Counted from the stretch's first letter, positions 1 through 9,888 are shown. The stretch: DNA of 64,000 nucleotides from Planctomycetota bacterium (GCA_044225365.1 JBGAIQ010000005.1:128001-192000); one strand, 5' to 3'. Made by a program: numbers and translations. The notes: generated from the sequence alone by a model not told the origin.

Positions 1-182
1 AGTTCGTCCTGCTGCTCGACTTCCTCGTGCTTCGCCTCGAGCTCATGGATCCGCTTCTCGAGCGCGGCGATCCGTTCCTCGTAGCTCTGCGGTGTCGGCT
101 TCGTATCGGGTGCGGGTTGGCTCGGCGCTTCCTGCGCGGTCGCGCACGGAACGAGCCACAAGAGCGCCATGAATCGGCGCAT
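1..182 (-). CDS. 5' part of an exported protein (signal peptide + coiled coil), probably an outer-membrane porin/receptor; runs off the window edge
   Basis: Not in the ORF track. The reverse strand reads MRRFMALLWLVPCATAQEAPSQPAPDTKPTPQSYEERIAALEKRIHELEAKHEEVEQQDE with a GGAGGT RBS upstream. A signal peptide followed by an 'ERIAALEKRIHELE' coil is a typical N-terminus of porin-like beta-barrels. Confidence 0.65.
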   Translation of the reverse strand, partial: MRRFMALLWLVPCATAQEAPSQPAPDTKPTPQSYEERIAALEKRIHELEAKHEEVEQQDE

Positions 183-268
183 GGAGTACCTCCTCGTCCT
201 GGAACATGGAATCACGTCACGAGTGCCGCACCGACGCTCGGGCGGACTCCTCGGGACGATTCACGCTG

Positions 269-652
269 TCAGGCGATGGCGGGAGGAGGTGTCTTGGGTG
301 CGAGCCGCAGGATCGGAACGACCGGCGGCAGGTGGGAATTGGAGCGCGGAGTCGCGGGCGCGACGATGAATGCCGCGACGACGACGGAGGGAGTCGGCGT
401 CGAACCGTTCAGGACCGGGAGCTGGATCGGCTGGGAACACGTTTCGTGTCGATCCGGTCGATCGGGAACCTTCGGCGCGGGCGCTTCGCGATCGCCGCTC
501 TTCGTCGTCGAGTTCGCTTCGGAAGCGCCGTCGTGTTCGAGGACGCCATGCGTCGCGCAGAAATGGTGCGCGACGAGACTGAAATGGAGCGCGGATGCGA
601 GGGGCAGGAGGAGCACGCCGAGCGCGAGGACGAGAGCGGTGAACCGCTTCAT
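269..652 (-). CDS. His/Cys-rich small exported protein with C-terminal APKTPPP (DUF2946-like leader)
   Basis: C-terminal part of ORF 269..1465: MKRFTALVLALGVLLLPLASALH...AHHFCATHGVLEH...RHETC...LRLAPKTPPPAIA. Alternative start at 691. Confidence 0.65.
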   Translation of the reverse strand: MKRFTALVLALGVLLLPLASALHFSLVAHHFCATHGVLEHDGASEANSTTKSGDREAPAPKVPDRPDRHETCSQPIQLPVLNGSTPTPSVVVAAFIVAPATPRSNSHLPPVVPILRLAPKTPPPAIA

Positions 653-811
653 CACGTCGAACGCCGGAGTTGGATGTGCTCTTCTCGACATGGGTCGCTG
701 ACCGCGGGCAGTGTAAGCGCGAGGGTGGAGGCTCTTCAAGTCGCTCTCTCGATGGGAAGGGATCGATGCTTCGAGCTTCCGCCCGGACGGAGAAACGACG
801 AGAATCCGGCC

Positions 812-2287
812 ATGCGCAAATCCACGAAGCTCGGTGGAGTCCGATATCGCCGACCCGCTCCGATCGAGAAGTCGGTCTTCAAGCCCATCGAAGTGGGGCT
901 GCGGACCGAATTGCTCGCGGTCCAGTACGAACTGCGCGACGCGAAGTTCCCCGTCGTGATCCTCCTCGCTGGCGATGATCGCGACTCCGTGATCGAAGTC
1001 ACCAGTCGATTCACGGAATGGCTCGATGCGCGATTGCTCGACATCGTCCTGCGCGACAGCACCACCGACGACGAGCGCGAACGCCCCTATTTCTGGCGCT
1101 TCGCGACGCGGCTGCCACAGAACGGGCGCATCGGAGTGTTCCCGTTCGCGTGGGCGCATGACGCGTTGCTCGCCCGCATCGACTCCAAATTCGCGAAGAA
1201 GCATCACGTTCCGGCGCTCCCCGACATCGCGGAGTTCGAGAAGCACCTCACCGATTCCGGAGTGTTGCTGCTGAAGTTCTGGTTCCATCTCGACAACAAG
1301 GAGCTGAGAACGAAGCGAAAGCGCGACGATCACGACCCGCTCGCCTCGTGGGATCCCGATCCCTCGGCCGCCAAGCGCTGGCGCAAGCTCGAGCACGGCG
1401 ATGGCGACGAGGCCGCACTCATCCGAGCGACGCATCGGCCCGCCGCGCCGTGGCACATCATCCACTCCGTCGACGACGAAGCCCGGGATCTCGAGGTGGG
1501 CCGCATCCTGCGCGATTCAATGCGATCCCGCGTTGCGACCGCGTTCACGCCCCCACGCATCGCGTTGACTAGGATCGCGATCCCCGATCGGATCGGCGCC
1601 CTGAGCGCCGCAATCCGTTCCACGAAAACGCCCACGGATGCCGACGAGCGGATCCAGGAACTCCAAGGCCGCTTGAACGGCCTCGCGCGGAAGGCGCACC
1701 GGCACGGCCATTCGACGGTCCTCGTGTTCGAGGGACAGGATGCGGCTGGCAAGGGCGGCGCGATCCGCCGAGTCACCCGCGGCATCCGCGCGCCCGTCTA
1801 CACCGTGGTGCCGATCGCCGCGCCGACACCCGAGGAGAAAGCGCATCACTATCTCTGGCGATTCTGGCGGGAACTGCCGCGCGCCGGTCGCTTCACGATC
1901 TTCGACCGCAGTTGGTACGGTCGCGTGCTCGTGGAACGCGTCGAGGGGTTCGCGAGCGAGAACGAGTGGAAACGCGCGTACGCCGAGATCGTGTCGTTCG
2001 AGCGCGCGCTCGTGAATCGCGGCGTGCGCCTCGTGAAGTTCTGGATCGACGTCTCCGAGGACGAGCAACTCCGGCGATTCGATGCGCGAGGGAAAGTCCC
2101 GTTCAAGAAGTACAAGCTGACTCCCGATGACTACCGCAACCGCGCGAAACGCCCGCAGTATCGCGATGCCGCGAACGAGATGTTCGCAAGGACCGACGCC
2201 CGGGGTGCGCGCTGGCACCTGATCCAGGGCGACGACAAGAACGCCGCACGGATCGCGGTGCTCGAAACCCTCTGCCACACACTGTAG
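812..2287 (+). CDS. pap: Polyphosphate:AMP phosphotransferase (two-domain PPK2 family)
   Basis: C-terminal domain has EGQDAAGKGG, HYLWRFW, FDRSWYGRVLVERVEG and YKLTPDDYRNR. A second PPK2-like N-terminal domain has RPYFWRF and LLKFWFH. Start re-called at ATG 812. Confidence 0.9.
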   Translation: MRKSTKLGGVRYRRPAPIEKSVFKPIEVGLRTELLAVQYELRDAKFPVVILLAGDDRDSVIEVTSRFTEWLDARLLDIVLRDSTTDDERERPYFWRFATRLPQNGRIGVFPFAWAHDALLARIDSKFAKKHHVPALPDIAEFEKHLTDSGVLLLKFWFHLDNKELRTKRKRDDHDPLASWDPDPSAAKRWRKLEHGDGDEAALIRATHRPAAPWHIIHSVDDEARDLEVGRILRDSMRSRVATAFTPPRIALTRIAIPDRIGALSAAIRSTKTPTDADERIQELQGRLNGLARKAHRHGHSTVLVFEGQDAAGKGGAIRRVTRGIRAPVYTVVPIAAPTPEEKAHHYLWRFWRELPRAGRFTIFDRSWYGRVLVERVEGFASENEWKRAYAEIVSFERALVNRGVRLVKFWIDVSEDEQLRRFDARGKVPFKKYKLTPDDYRNRAKRPQYRDAANEMFARTDARGARWHLIQGDDKNAARIAVLETLCHTL

Positions 2288-2307
2288 GGGCGGACGGCTG
2301 TCCGCCC
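2288..2307. terminator. GC-rich hairpin between convergent genes
   Basis: GGGCGGAC-ggct-GTCCGCCC immediately after the pap stop; no U-tract. Confidence 0.35.
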
Positions 2308-2446
2308 GGCCTCTGACCTCACGGACCGCGACGTACGGCGAATCGCAGTGCAAAATCGGGCGCACAGCCGTGCGAGGACGGGCCAGCCGATGACGTCCCG
2401 GCCCGGCCGACGATTTCCCCGACCGCGCGATGCCCGGCTCCTGCCT

Positions 2447-5400
2447 CTACGGACTCTGCGAAGGCGCGCGGTGGATGCGCGAGTCGGCCTCGCGAGCGCG
2501 CCCGCGCGCGATGAGCATCTCGATCGCGGCCCGCAGGTGAACTTCCGACTCCTTCGACACGCGCAGGATCCCGAACGTGCGCGCCGTCATCCGCACCAGA
2601 TCCTTCACGGGGAGCGAGAACATCGTCGTGAGATGGCGCTCGGCGGCGGCGGCGAGTTCCTCGACCGAGATCTCGTCGATCCCGCGGGCGTCCGCGCCGT
2701 CGTCCTTCACCGCTCCCCGAACCTCGTCGTATTCACTCGGATCCGCAGCGGCGCTCCAGACGAACCCGTTCAAGAGGGTGATCGTGCGTCCTTTGGCCAT
2801 CTCGTCGAGCGTGCGAAGCAGCGATTCACGCGACTTCTCCGTGATTCGACGAACGCCAAAGGCCCGCGCCACACTGCGAACCACCGTGTCGATATGGACT
2901 GGGCCCTCGACCGCGACGACCTGCAACACGAGTTCGCGAATCCTCGATGCGAGCGTGGGATCCGCGTCGCGGAAGCGGGCGGTCTGCCCTTCGAGGTTCG
3001 GAAGCGCCGCTCGCACGTAGGGCGGCACATCGACGACCGGGCTCGCGGGCGGATCGCCCTCCGCAATTTCGTCCGGGATTCCAGGGGACGACTCGATGTC
3101 GCTTGCGGTCACCGACTCGCTCCGCGCGGCGACCGGTTTCGCGCGCGACGCTTCGATCGCGGCGGCCACCACCACCCGCAACTTCTCGATCTCCCTCTCG
3201 CGATCGAACCACCAGTCGGACGACCAGACTCGATGCAGTCGCCAACCGAGGCTGCCGAGGACTTGCTCACGCAACCGGTCCCGGTCGCGCGCCGTGTTCC
3301 CGGATCGATACGCCGCACCGTCGCATTCGACGCCGAGCACGTACACACCGGCCTCGCTCGGGTCCCGTACGGCGAGATCGATCCGATATCGTCCGCACCC
3401 GACGCGGGCATCGACCTGCATCCCCAGTCCGACGAGCGCGGCCCCCACTTGCCGTTCGAATTCCGAATCGTGCGGGACACCATTCGATTCCGGTTGCGGG
3501 GACGTGCCGCTCTCCTCGACCGCGTAGCGCAGGAACTCGCGCAGATGGTGTGCGCCCCGCGCCGTCGTCCGATTGAGATCGATCTCGTCGTACGACAGGG
3601 TCGAGAACACGTGCAGCGATGCGCGTGCCCGAGTGACCGCGACGTTGAGGCGCCGCTCGCCGCCCGACTGGCTCAAGGGTCCGAAGTTCATTCGCACCTT
3701 CCCGTCGCGCGACCGTCCGTAGCAGATGCTGAACAGGATCTCGTCGCGCTCGTCCCCCTGCACGTTCTCGAGGTTCTTCACGAAGACGGGCTCGACGAGA
3801 TCGGCGGCGAAATGACCTTCGATCTCGGGAGATTTCCTTCGCGCTTCGTCGAGCAGGTCGAGCACGAGCGTTTGCTGCGGCTGGCTGAACGTGACGATCC
3901 CGAAGCTGCGTTTTCCCGGAGCTACTTCACGCAATCGTTTCACGAGCCAGTCGACGAGAACCCTGGCTTCGCGAGGATTCGTGCGTGAGCCCGCGAATTC
4001 GTATTCACCGTCGATGACGGGGTGCCACTTCACGCCGAGGTCCGGATCCCGCCGGCGAGCGGAAGGGAACAGCGCGAGGCGTTCGTCGTAGTAGCGCAGG
4101 TTCGAGAATCGAATCAGCGATTCGTGCCGGCTTCGATAGTGCCAGCCGAGGTAACGCTCCGGCAGGCGCGCGGCAACGGCCTCGTCGAGAACGCTCTCGA
4201 GCTCCTCGATCGCGTAGTCCGCTCCATCGTCGATCGGGCCGTCGCCATCTCCCGCTTCGTCGACCGCCGACGCATCGAACGAACGCTGGAAGAACGCCGT
4301 GGGCGGCAACTGCCGCGAATCCCCCACGATCACGACCTGGGAGCCGCGCGCGATCGCGCCGATCGCGTCGTGGGTTCCGATCTGCGACGCTTCGTCGAAC
4401 ACGACGAGATCGAATCGCCGTCCCTCGGGCGGCAGGAACTGTGCGACCGACAGTGGGCTCATCAGGAAGCACGGCTTCAGGCGCGCGATCAGGTTCGGGA
4501 TCCGCTGGAACAGCCGGCGCAATGGGAGATGGCGGGCCTTCTTCTTCAACTCGCGACCGAGGATGCCGGGCTCCGACTCGCCCGGCACGTCGACACCACC
4601 CCCCGCGCGCGGTCGACGCTCGTCGAGGCGATTCAGGACATGGGTTCGCGAGGTCGTAAGGTGATTCAAATCGCGACGACGGAATTCGGCGATCCTACGC
4701 GCCTGCTCCTCACCGTCGAAGTCGCGCAGAACCGGCTCGGCATCGCGGACGAGCCGCACGAACGACAGGAGCAGAGCGCGCTCGACGGCGATGGGCAACG
4801 ACGCCGCGGATACGACGCCCTTGCGATGCGCTTCGACCGCGTCTTCGAGACCCACCGACGAGAGGTCGTCGCACGCCCGCACGTAGCCGCACCACTCGCG
4901 CAAGCGCGGCATAGCGGGAATGCGACGCAGCACGCGATCGCGTTGCGCCCCGAGCTCCGACCGACCGTCGAGGATCTCGCTCGCGCCCGCGAGCGCCGCG
5001 ATCTCGGCGAGATGGACGAAAGCCTCGTCGCACGCTCGCACGGCCTTCGTCGCGAGCGCCGCCGCGCGAGCGATCGCGTCGCGCGAAGGGAACCGCTGGA
5101 CCGCGAGCTCCGCGACGCAGGCATCGACGCCGAGGATGCCGCCGCGATCGAGTTCGTCGATCGCAGTGCGCAACCTCCGCACGCGTTCGACCCACGCTCG
5201 CAGGGCCTGCGACGAAGCTCCTTGGTGCGGCGCCGCGGCGAGGAGTCGCGCAGCGACGGCCTGGCGCAATGCAGCGATCCTGGCCTCGCGAGCCGCGCAC
5301 GCTTCCACGCGGGCGAGGTCGCGCGCGACGAGGCTGGGCTCGGGAAGATCGTCCTTCGCATGCACTCTCAGTCGCTTCCTCGCGCCACGCAGTGCGAAAA

Positions 5401-8400
5401 AACGTACGAGGGCATTCGACCCCGCGTGCTCCTCGAACTTCAATCGAAGCAATGCGAGTTCGTCCCCGAGGTGGAAGACCCCCGACTCGAAGCGATGCGC
5501 GATCTCGGCGCGATCGGCTTCGTCCGCCGCGAGGAGCACCGCGAGATTCTCGACCTCGGCGAGCACCAAGGCGAGCGCGACGTCGTCCCGCAGGAACGAT
5601 GGAGCCATCGCATTCTCCTCCGACGCATCGGAGGATCGGGAAAGGAGCCCGTTGACGAAATCCGTCACTCGCGAAACGCCCTCTCGCGAATCGAACTTCT
5701 GAAGACGGGTCGCAACGGCGAGACCATCGCGTGCCGCCGCGAGTTCCGCGAGCCTCTCCGCGCAGAGCTTCAGTGCGCTCTCGATCTCAGCTTCACGGCG
5801 TCCGGACCACTCGGCGAGGGCGCTGTCGCGCCACGGATGCTCCGCGACCGGCTCCACGCGCGCGCCGCGCGAGGCGACGATCGCGGCCTTCTCGAGCTGC
5901 GATGCGAGCGTCGCGGCCGTCGTTTCGATTCCGTCGCGCAGCGGGAGTTCGAGGGGCGATGGAGCGATTTCGAGGACGCGCGATGCCGCGCGGAAGAACG
6001 ACATGCCGAGGGGTCGTTCGGTGTGTAGAGCTCGTACGTACTCGTTGAGTGCCGTCCTCGACTCGACGAGTCGGGCCGCATTCGAATCGAAGCTCGCAGC
6101 GTCCGTTCCCGAGGGATCCGAACCCTCGAGGCGAGCGCGGTCCTTCGAACTCCGAGTGACGGAGCGACCGATCGATTCGAGCACCTGCCTCTTGCTCGTC
6201 TTCGTGCTGTGCAATTCGAGGCAGGAGTCGGCGAGACCGACCTCCTTCAACCTGCGGTGGACGACGTCGAGAGCCGCCATCTTCTCGGAGACGAAGAGGA
6301 CGGTGCGGCCTTGGGACAGGGCCGCGGCGATGATGTTGGTGATCGTTTGCGACTTCCCGGTCCCGGGCGGCCCCTGCAGGACGAAGGTCTGACCGCGCAT
6401 CGCGGCGAGGATCGCCGCGCACTGCGTCGAATCGGCATCGACGACCGTGGGCAAGTCCGCGGGCGATACTTCGGAATCGAGACTTCCCGGATCGACGACT
6501 CCCTCGATGCTCTCCTCGAATGCCTGCTTCCCGCCATCGGCGAGGTGTCGCACGATCTTGCTCGAGAGCAGCGCGGATGCATTGACCTCGAGATCGCGCC
6601 ACATGAGGAACTTCCCGAAGAGGAGCGTCGTGACGCTCGCTTCTTCGATGACTTCGAACCGCGGCATCGACTGGATCGCAGCGCGCACCGCTTTGAGGAG
6701 AGCGCCGACGTCGATGCCCGAGTCGTCCGGCGCGAGTTCCGCGAGGAACGAGAGGTCGAGCGCGAAATCGCGCTTCAGCTTCTCGACGAGCGTGACGTTG
6801 CCGATCGCATCCTCTTCGGTTCGCCGCAAGCGAATCCGATCGAGGCGCGGTTCGTACGAAAGCCGAACGGGAACGAGCAGGAGCGGTGCGTGACGCGCCT
6901 GCTTCGAACTCGGACTCTCGTACCAGCGCAGGATCCCGAGCACGACGTAGAGAGTGTTCGCTCCGCCCTCTTCGAGGTCGGTCCTGGCCTTGCGATAGAG
7001 TGCTCGCGCCATCGGCACGAGGAGATCCGAGGTCAACGTCGCATGCAGTCGATGCGCGTCGAGGTCTGCGGTGAGTCGCTCGCGGAACTCGGCCGGTCGC
7101 GTGCGGAGGTCGAGCAGTTCGCGGGCGCGGGGATCGCTCCCTTCGAGCTTCGGGTACGGCATGATCTCGAAGTCGACGTCGGCGGCGAGTTTGTCCTCGA
7201 ACGCCGCGAGATCCGGGATCTCGAGCGGAATGCGATTCTTCACGCGCGAGACGTCGAGCAGTCGATTGCGCAACGTGAGATCGAGGAGCCTCTCCTTCCA
7301 GTTCTGGATCCGAGGAGACAGCAGTTCCTTCGACGCGATCTTCGCGGCGCCCAGATCGAGGTTTGCAACCGTACCACCGTCGGGCAAGGAGATGGCGCCT
7401 ACGGGGCTCTGGCTCGCGTCGGTGTCCACCACGTCGCGTTGCGCCGGTTCCGTTTCTACGGCGCTTCGCAACGCGATCGGCAGCGGGAGGAACCTCGCGC
7501 GGCGCGCGGCGCGAACGTCGATCGCGGCGATGAACTTGGCATCCTGCGCGAGGAAATCGTTCGCGGCCGCGACCGCGACTTCGAGAGAGGGCCGCTGGCC
7601 CGATACCGCGGTCGACGCGTCGAACGCGAGGATCTGAGCCAATCGACCCTGATTGCGCAGTCGAGCGACGTCCGGCACCACCGCGTCCTGGAATCGCTCA
7701 TCGACGATCCACACCGCGGGAAGGGCGTGCCCCTCGACGAGCACGAGCAGCGGACCGTAGCCCATTTGTTCGAGACACGAAGCGAAGAGGAGCGTGAGAT
7801 CGAGACAGTTGCCCATGCCGTCGCGCAGCAGTTGGTCGGGCAACCGCACTTTCTGGCCGGACTTCTCGTAGCTCGCCGGCAAGCCGACGTAGGAGATGGA
7901 GAGACCCTGAACCGCGGCGTACAACGCGCGGATCTCGGTCACGGCGCGTTCGGGAGAGCGCGCCTGGTAGCCACGAAGCGCATCGTCTCCGCCTTGCGAG
8001 CGCAGCCGATCTCGCGTGCGCTCGAGCACGGTCGCGATCGCCGGCTGATTCGGAGTGACGAACGCCGCGAGGAGTTCGAGGGGCGCCGCATCGCCCGGCC
8101 ATTCGTTGAAGGCGAGCAGGCGCAAGGGACGCGTTTCCGCCGCGATCTCCTTGCCCTCGACGACGAGGGTCCAATGCAGGGTCGCGTTCGCGGCCTCGAC
8201 GACGTCGCGCAACCGCGAGAACGGAAGGCGCACGTCGAGCGGCCCTCGCTCGAACGATTCTGCCGGAGGAAGCCGGGGGATCGGGACGACGATCGGCGCG
8301 CCCAGGTCGGGGAAGAGGCCGATCTCGAGTCGTGCTCCTTCGAGCACCGCCGAAGAGACGTTCTTCACCCTCACGGCTGCGATGATCGGGATGCCGCAAT

Positions 8401-8500
8401 GCTCCATCGCAAAGTCGAGCGTCGTCGCGTGGACGATCTCGACCTCGCAGCGAGGAGACTCCTGCGGCACCGTCTCGACTGCTTCTTGCCTGGTCACCAC
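2447..8500 (-). CDS. DUF4011 / SF1 (Dna2/Upf1-like) helicase / Vsr-like endonuclease / DUF3320 protein (Hhe-like) with N-terminal transglutaminase-like domain
   Basis: WKERLLDLTLRNRLL and EEGGANTLY (DUF4011); QGPPGTGKSQT, VFDEASQI, GDSRQLPPT, WHYRSRHESLI, KNLENVQGDERD, RRLNVAVTRA (helicase); SEFERQV...RIDLAV...GVECDG...RDRDRLR...GWRLHRVWSSDW (nuclease); GNCLDLTLLFASCLE...GHA near the N-terminus. Confidence 0.88.
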   Translation of the reverse strand: MVTRQEAVETVPQESPRCEVEIVHATTLDFAMEHCGIPIIAAVRVKNVSSAVLEGARLEIGLFPDLGAPIVVPIPRLPPAESFERGPLDVRLPFSRLRDVVEAANATLHWTLVVEGKEIAAETRPLRLLAFNEWPGDAAPLELLAAFVTPNQPAIATVLERTRDRLRSQGGDDALRGYQARSPERAVTEIRALYAAVQGLSISYVGLPASYEKSGQKVRLPDQLLRDGMGNCLDLTLLFASCLEQMGYGPLLVLVEGHALPAVWIVDERFQDAVVPDVARLRNQGRLAQILAFDASTAVSGQRPSLEVAVAAANDFLAQDAKFIAAIDVRAARRARFLPLPIALRSAVETEPAQRDVVDTDASQSPVGAISLPDGGTVANLDLGAAKIASKELLSPRIQNWKERLLDLTLRNRLLDVSRVKNRIPLEIPDLAAFEDKLAADVDFEIMPYPKLEGSDPRARELLDLRTRPAEFRERLTADLDAHRLHATLTSDLLVPMARALYRKARTDLEEGGANTLYVVLGILRWYESPSSKQARHAPLLLVPVRLSYEPRLDRIRLRRTEEDAIGNVTLVEKLKRDFALDLSFLAELAPDDSGIDVGALLKAVRAAIQSMPRFEVIEEASVTTLLFGKFLMWRDLEVNASALLSSKIVRHLADGGKQAFEESIEGVVDPGSLDSEVSPADLPTVVDADSTQCAAILAAMRGQTFVLQGPPGTGKSQTITNIIAAALSQGRTVLFVSEKMAALDVVHRRLKEVGLADSCLELHSTKTSKRQVLESIGRSVTRSSKDRARLEGSDPSGTDAASFDSNAARLVESRTALNEYVRALHTERPLGMSFFRAASRVLEIAPSPLELPLRDGIETTAATLASQLEKAAIVASRGARVEPVAEHPWRDSALAEWSGRREAEIESALKLCAERLAELAAARDGLAVATRLQKFDSREGVSRVTDFVNGLLSRSSDASEENAMAPSFLRDDVALALVLAEVENLAVLLAADEADRAEIAHRFESGVFHLGDELALLRLKFEEHAGSNALVRFFALRGARKRLRVHAKDDLPEPSLVARDLARVEACAAREARIAALRQAVAARLLAAAPHQGASSQALRAWVERVRRLRTAIDELDRGGILGVDACVAELAVQRFPSRDAIARAAALATKAVRACDEAFVHLAEIAALAGASEILDGRSELGAQRDRVLRRIPAMPRLREWCGYVRACDDLSSVGLEDAVEAHRKGVVSAASLPIAVERALLLSFVRLVRDAEPVLRDFDGEEQARRIAEFRRRDLNHLTTSRTHVLNRLDERRPRAGGGVDVPGESEPGILGRELKKKARHLPLRRLFQRIPNLIARLKPCFLMSPLSVAQFLPPEGRRFDLVVFDEASQIGTHDAIGAIARGSQVVIVGDSRQLPPTAFFQRSFDASAVDEAGDGDGPIDDGADYAIEELESVLDEAVAARLPERYLGWHYRSRHESLIRFSNLRYYDERLALFPSARRRDPDLGVKWHPVIDGEYEFAGSRTNPREARVLVDWLVKRLREVAPGKRSFGIVTFSQPQQTLVLDLLDEARRKSPEIEGHFAADLVEPVFVKNLENVQGDERDEILFSICYGRSRDGKVRMNFGPLSQSGGERRLNVAVTRARASLHVFSTLSYDEIDLNRTTARGAHHLREFLRYAVEESGTSPQPESNGVPHDSEFERQVGAALVGLGMQVDARVGCGRYRIDLAVRDPSEAGVYVLGVECDGAAYRSGNTARDRDRLREQVLGSLGWRLHRVWSSDWWFDREREIEKLRVVVAAAIEASRAKPVAARSESVTASDIESSPGIPDEIAEGDPPASPVVDVPPYVRAALPNLEGQTARFRDADPTLASRIRELVLQVVAVEGPVHIDTVVRSVARAFGVRRITEKSRESLLRTLDEMAKGRTITLLNGFVWSAAADPSEYDEVRGAVKDDGADARGIDEISVEELAAAAERHLTTMFSLPVKDLVRMTARTFGILRVSKESEVHLRAAIEMLIARGRAREADSRIHRAPSQSP

Positions 8501-8566
8501 GCGGTTCCTGGAAATCGAAGCGCCGTCGTCGACGCGTGCGATCGCGGGCTCACGACTCGTGTTCGC

Positions 8567-9715
8567 TCAAACGACGAACCACTCCGCGCGGCGTCCGGTG
8601 AGGTCAAGATAACGTAGCGCCGCGCGGGTCGCGATCGTCTCGGCTTTCTCTCGCGAAACGAGCGCAACGAGACAGCCGGCGAACCCCGCTCCCGTCATGC
8701 GCGCGCCGAAGCACGCGGGCTGCGCTGCGAGGCAGCGCTGCATCTCGTCGAGTTCCACGCCCGACACCTCGTACGCATCGCGCAGATCGACATGGCTCGC
8801 GGTCAGGAGCTCACCCGCGCGCTCGAAATCAGGCAACGCCATCGCGTCGCAGAACGCAAAGACGCGCGCGATCTCGCGGATCACGTGCCCTGCGCGGCGC
8901 GCCGCGACTGCGCTCATCGCTCCCGTGGCGCGCTCGAGATCGTGCACCGTCGCATCGCGAAGCGTTTCGGCTGTGGGAAGCACGCGTTGGATCGCGCGGA
9001 GGGCTTCGGCACACTCCGCGACGCGTTGATTGTAGGCGGAATGCTGAAGGGTCCGACGCGTCATGCTGTCGACGACGAGGATCGCGGCGTCCTTGAGCGG
9101 CAGCACGACATCTTTCGTCTCGCCGCTGCGACAGTCGATCCGCAGCGCGTGCCCCGGCTTCGCCACGGCGCACGCGAGCTGATCCATCGTCCCACACTGC
9201 ACGCCGACGTGCTTCGTCTCCGCTTCGTGCGCGAGTTGGGCGATGGCGTGCGGCGAGAGGCCGAGCGACATTGCCGAATCGAACGCGCGCAATGTCGCGA
9301 CGAGGAGCGCCGCCGACGACGAGAGCCCGGCCCCGATCGGCAGGTCGCTCTCGATCGCGATGTCGAAACCGCGGCGCGAGAGATCGATCGGCAGCACGCG
9401 GGCCGCTGCGAGCGGGTAGGCGAGGAATCCCGCTTCCCCGAGGTCGCAACGCATCGACATCGCTGCGGTCGGACGACCGTTCCGCTCGGATCGCGAGACG
9501 CCCCGCGCGAGGCCGTCCTCGCGCAACCGGAGCGCGACTGCGGTGCCGCGGTGGAGCGGCATCGGGAGCACGACTCCGCCGTTGTAGTCGACGTGCTCGC
9601 CGATGAGATTCACGCGCCCGGGCGCGAAGGCGGCCTGCGTGGGCGTGGACGCGAACTCGCGTTCGAAGACGTTCCTCGCCCGTTCGATCGAGTCTCGCTG
9701 CGACGCGTTCGCCAT
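8567..9715 (-). CDS. galK: Galactokinase
   Basis: APGRVNLIGEHVDYN, PIGAGLSSSAA, CGTMDQ, YNQRVAEC, GARMTGAGFAG. Start re-called at ATG 9715. Confidence 0.92.
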   Translation of the reverse strand: MANASQRDSIERARNVFEREFASTPTQAAFAPGRVNLIGEHVDYNGGVVLPMPLHRGTAVALRLREDGLARGVSRSERNGRPTAAMSMRCDLGEAGFLAYPLAAARVLPIDLSRRGFDIAIESDLPIGAGLSSSAALLVATLRAFDSAMSLGLSPHAIAQLAHEAETKHVGVQCGTMDQLACAVAKPGHALRIDCRSGETKDVVLPLKDAAILVVDSMTRRTLQHSAYNQRVAECAEALRAIQRVLPTAETLRDATVHDLERATGAMSAVAARRAGHVIREIARVFAFCDAMALPDFERAGELLTASHVDLRDAYEVSGVELDEMQRCLAAQPACFGARMTGAGFAGCLVALVSREKAETIATRAALRYLDLTGRRAEWFVV

Positions 9716-9767
9716 GACCGGTTCTTCGCGCTCCCGCCGTCCGCCACTCACCGACGCCGCCCACACT

Positions 9768-9794
9768 GCCGACATCGCCGACATCGCCGACATC
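9768..9794. repeat. 9-bp tandem repeat (GCCGACATC x3)
   Basis: gccgacatc gccgacatc gccgacatc in the galK/tRNA-His divergent intergenic region. Confidence 0.85.
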
Positions 9795-9803
9795 GAAGAG
9801 CAG

Positions 9804-9831
9804 TTGATTGGAACGCACTCTGTGGTATCGT
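9804..9831 (+). promoter_or_regulatory. Putative sigma70 promoter for tRNA-His
   Basis: TTGATT-16 bp-TATCGT with an extended -10 TG. Confidence 0.4.
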
Positions 9832-9888
9832 CGCGAAGCTCAGGCCGCCACCCCAAAAAGGGGGTGTTGGGCACACGACAGACAACGC

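Noticed and set aside
2348-8617. Long plus-strand ORFs 2348..3988, 4022..6028 and 6209..8617
   Set aside because: Antisense shadows of the helicase gene, with Arg-rich low-information translations and no motifs. Expected in high-GC DNA.
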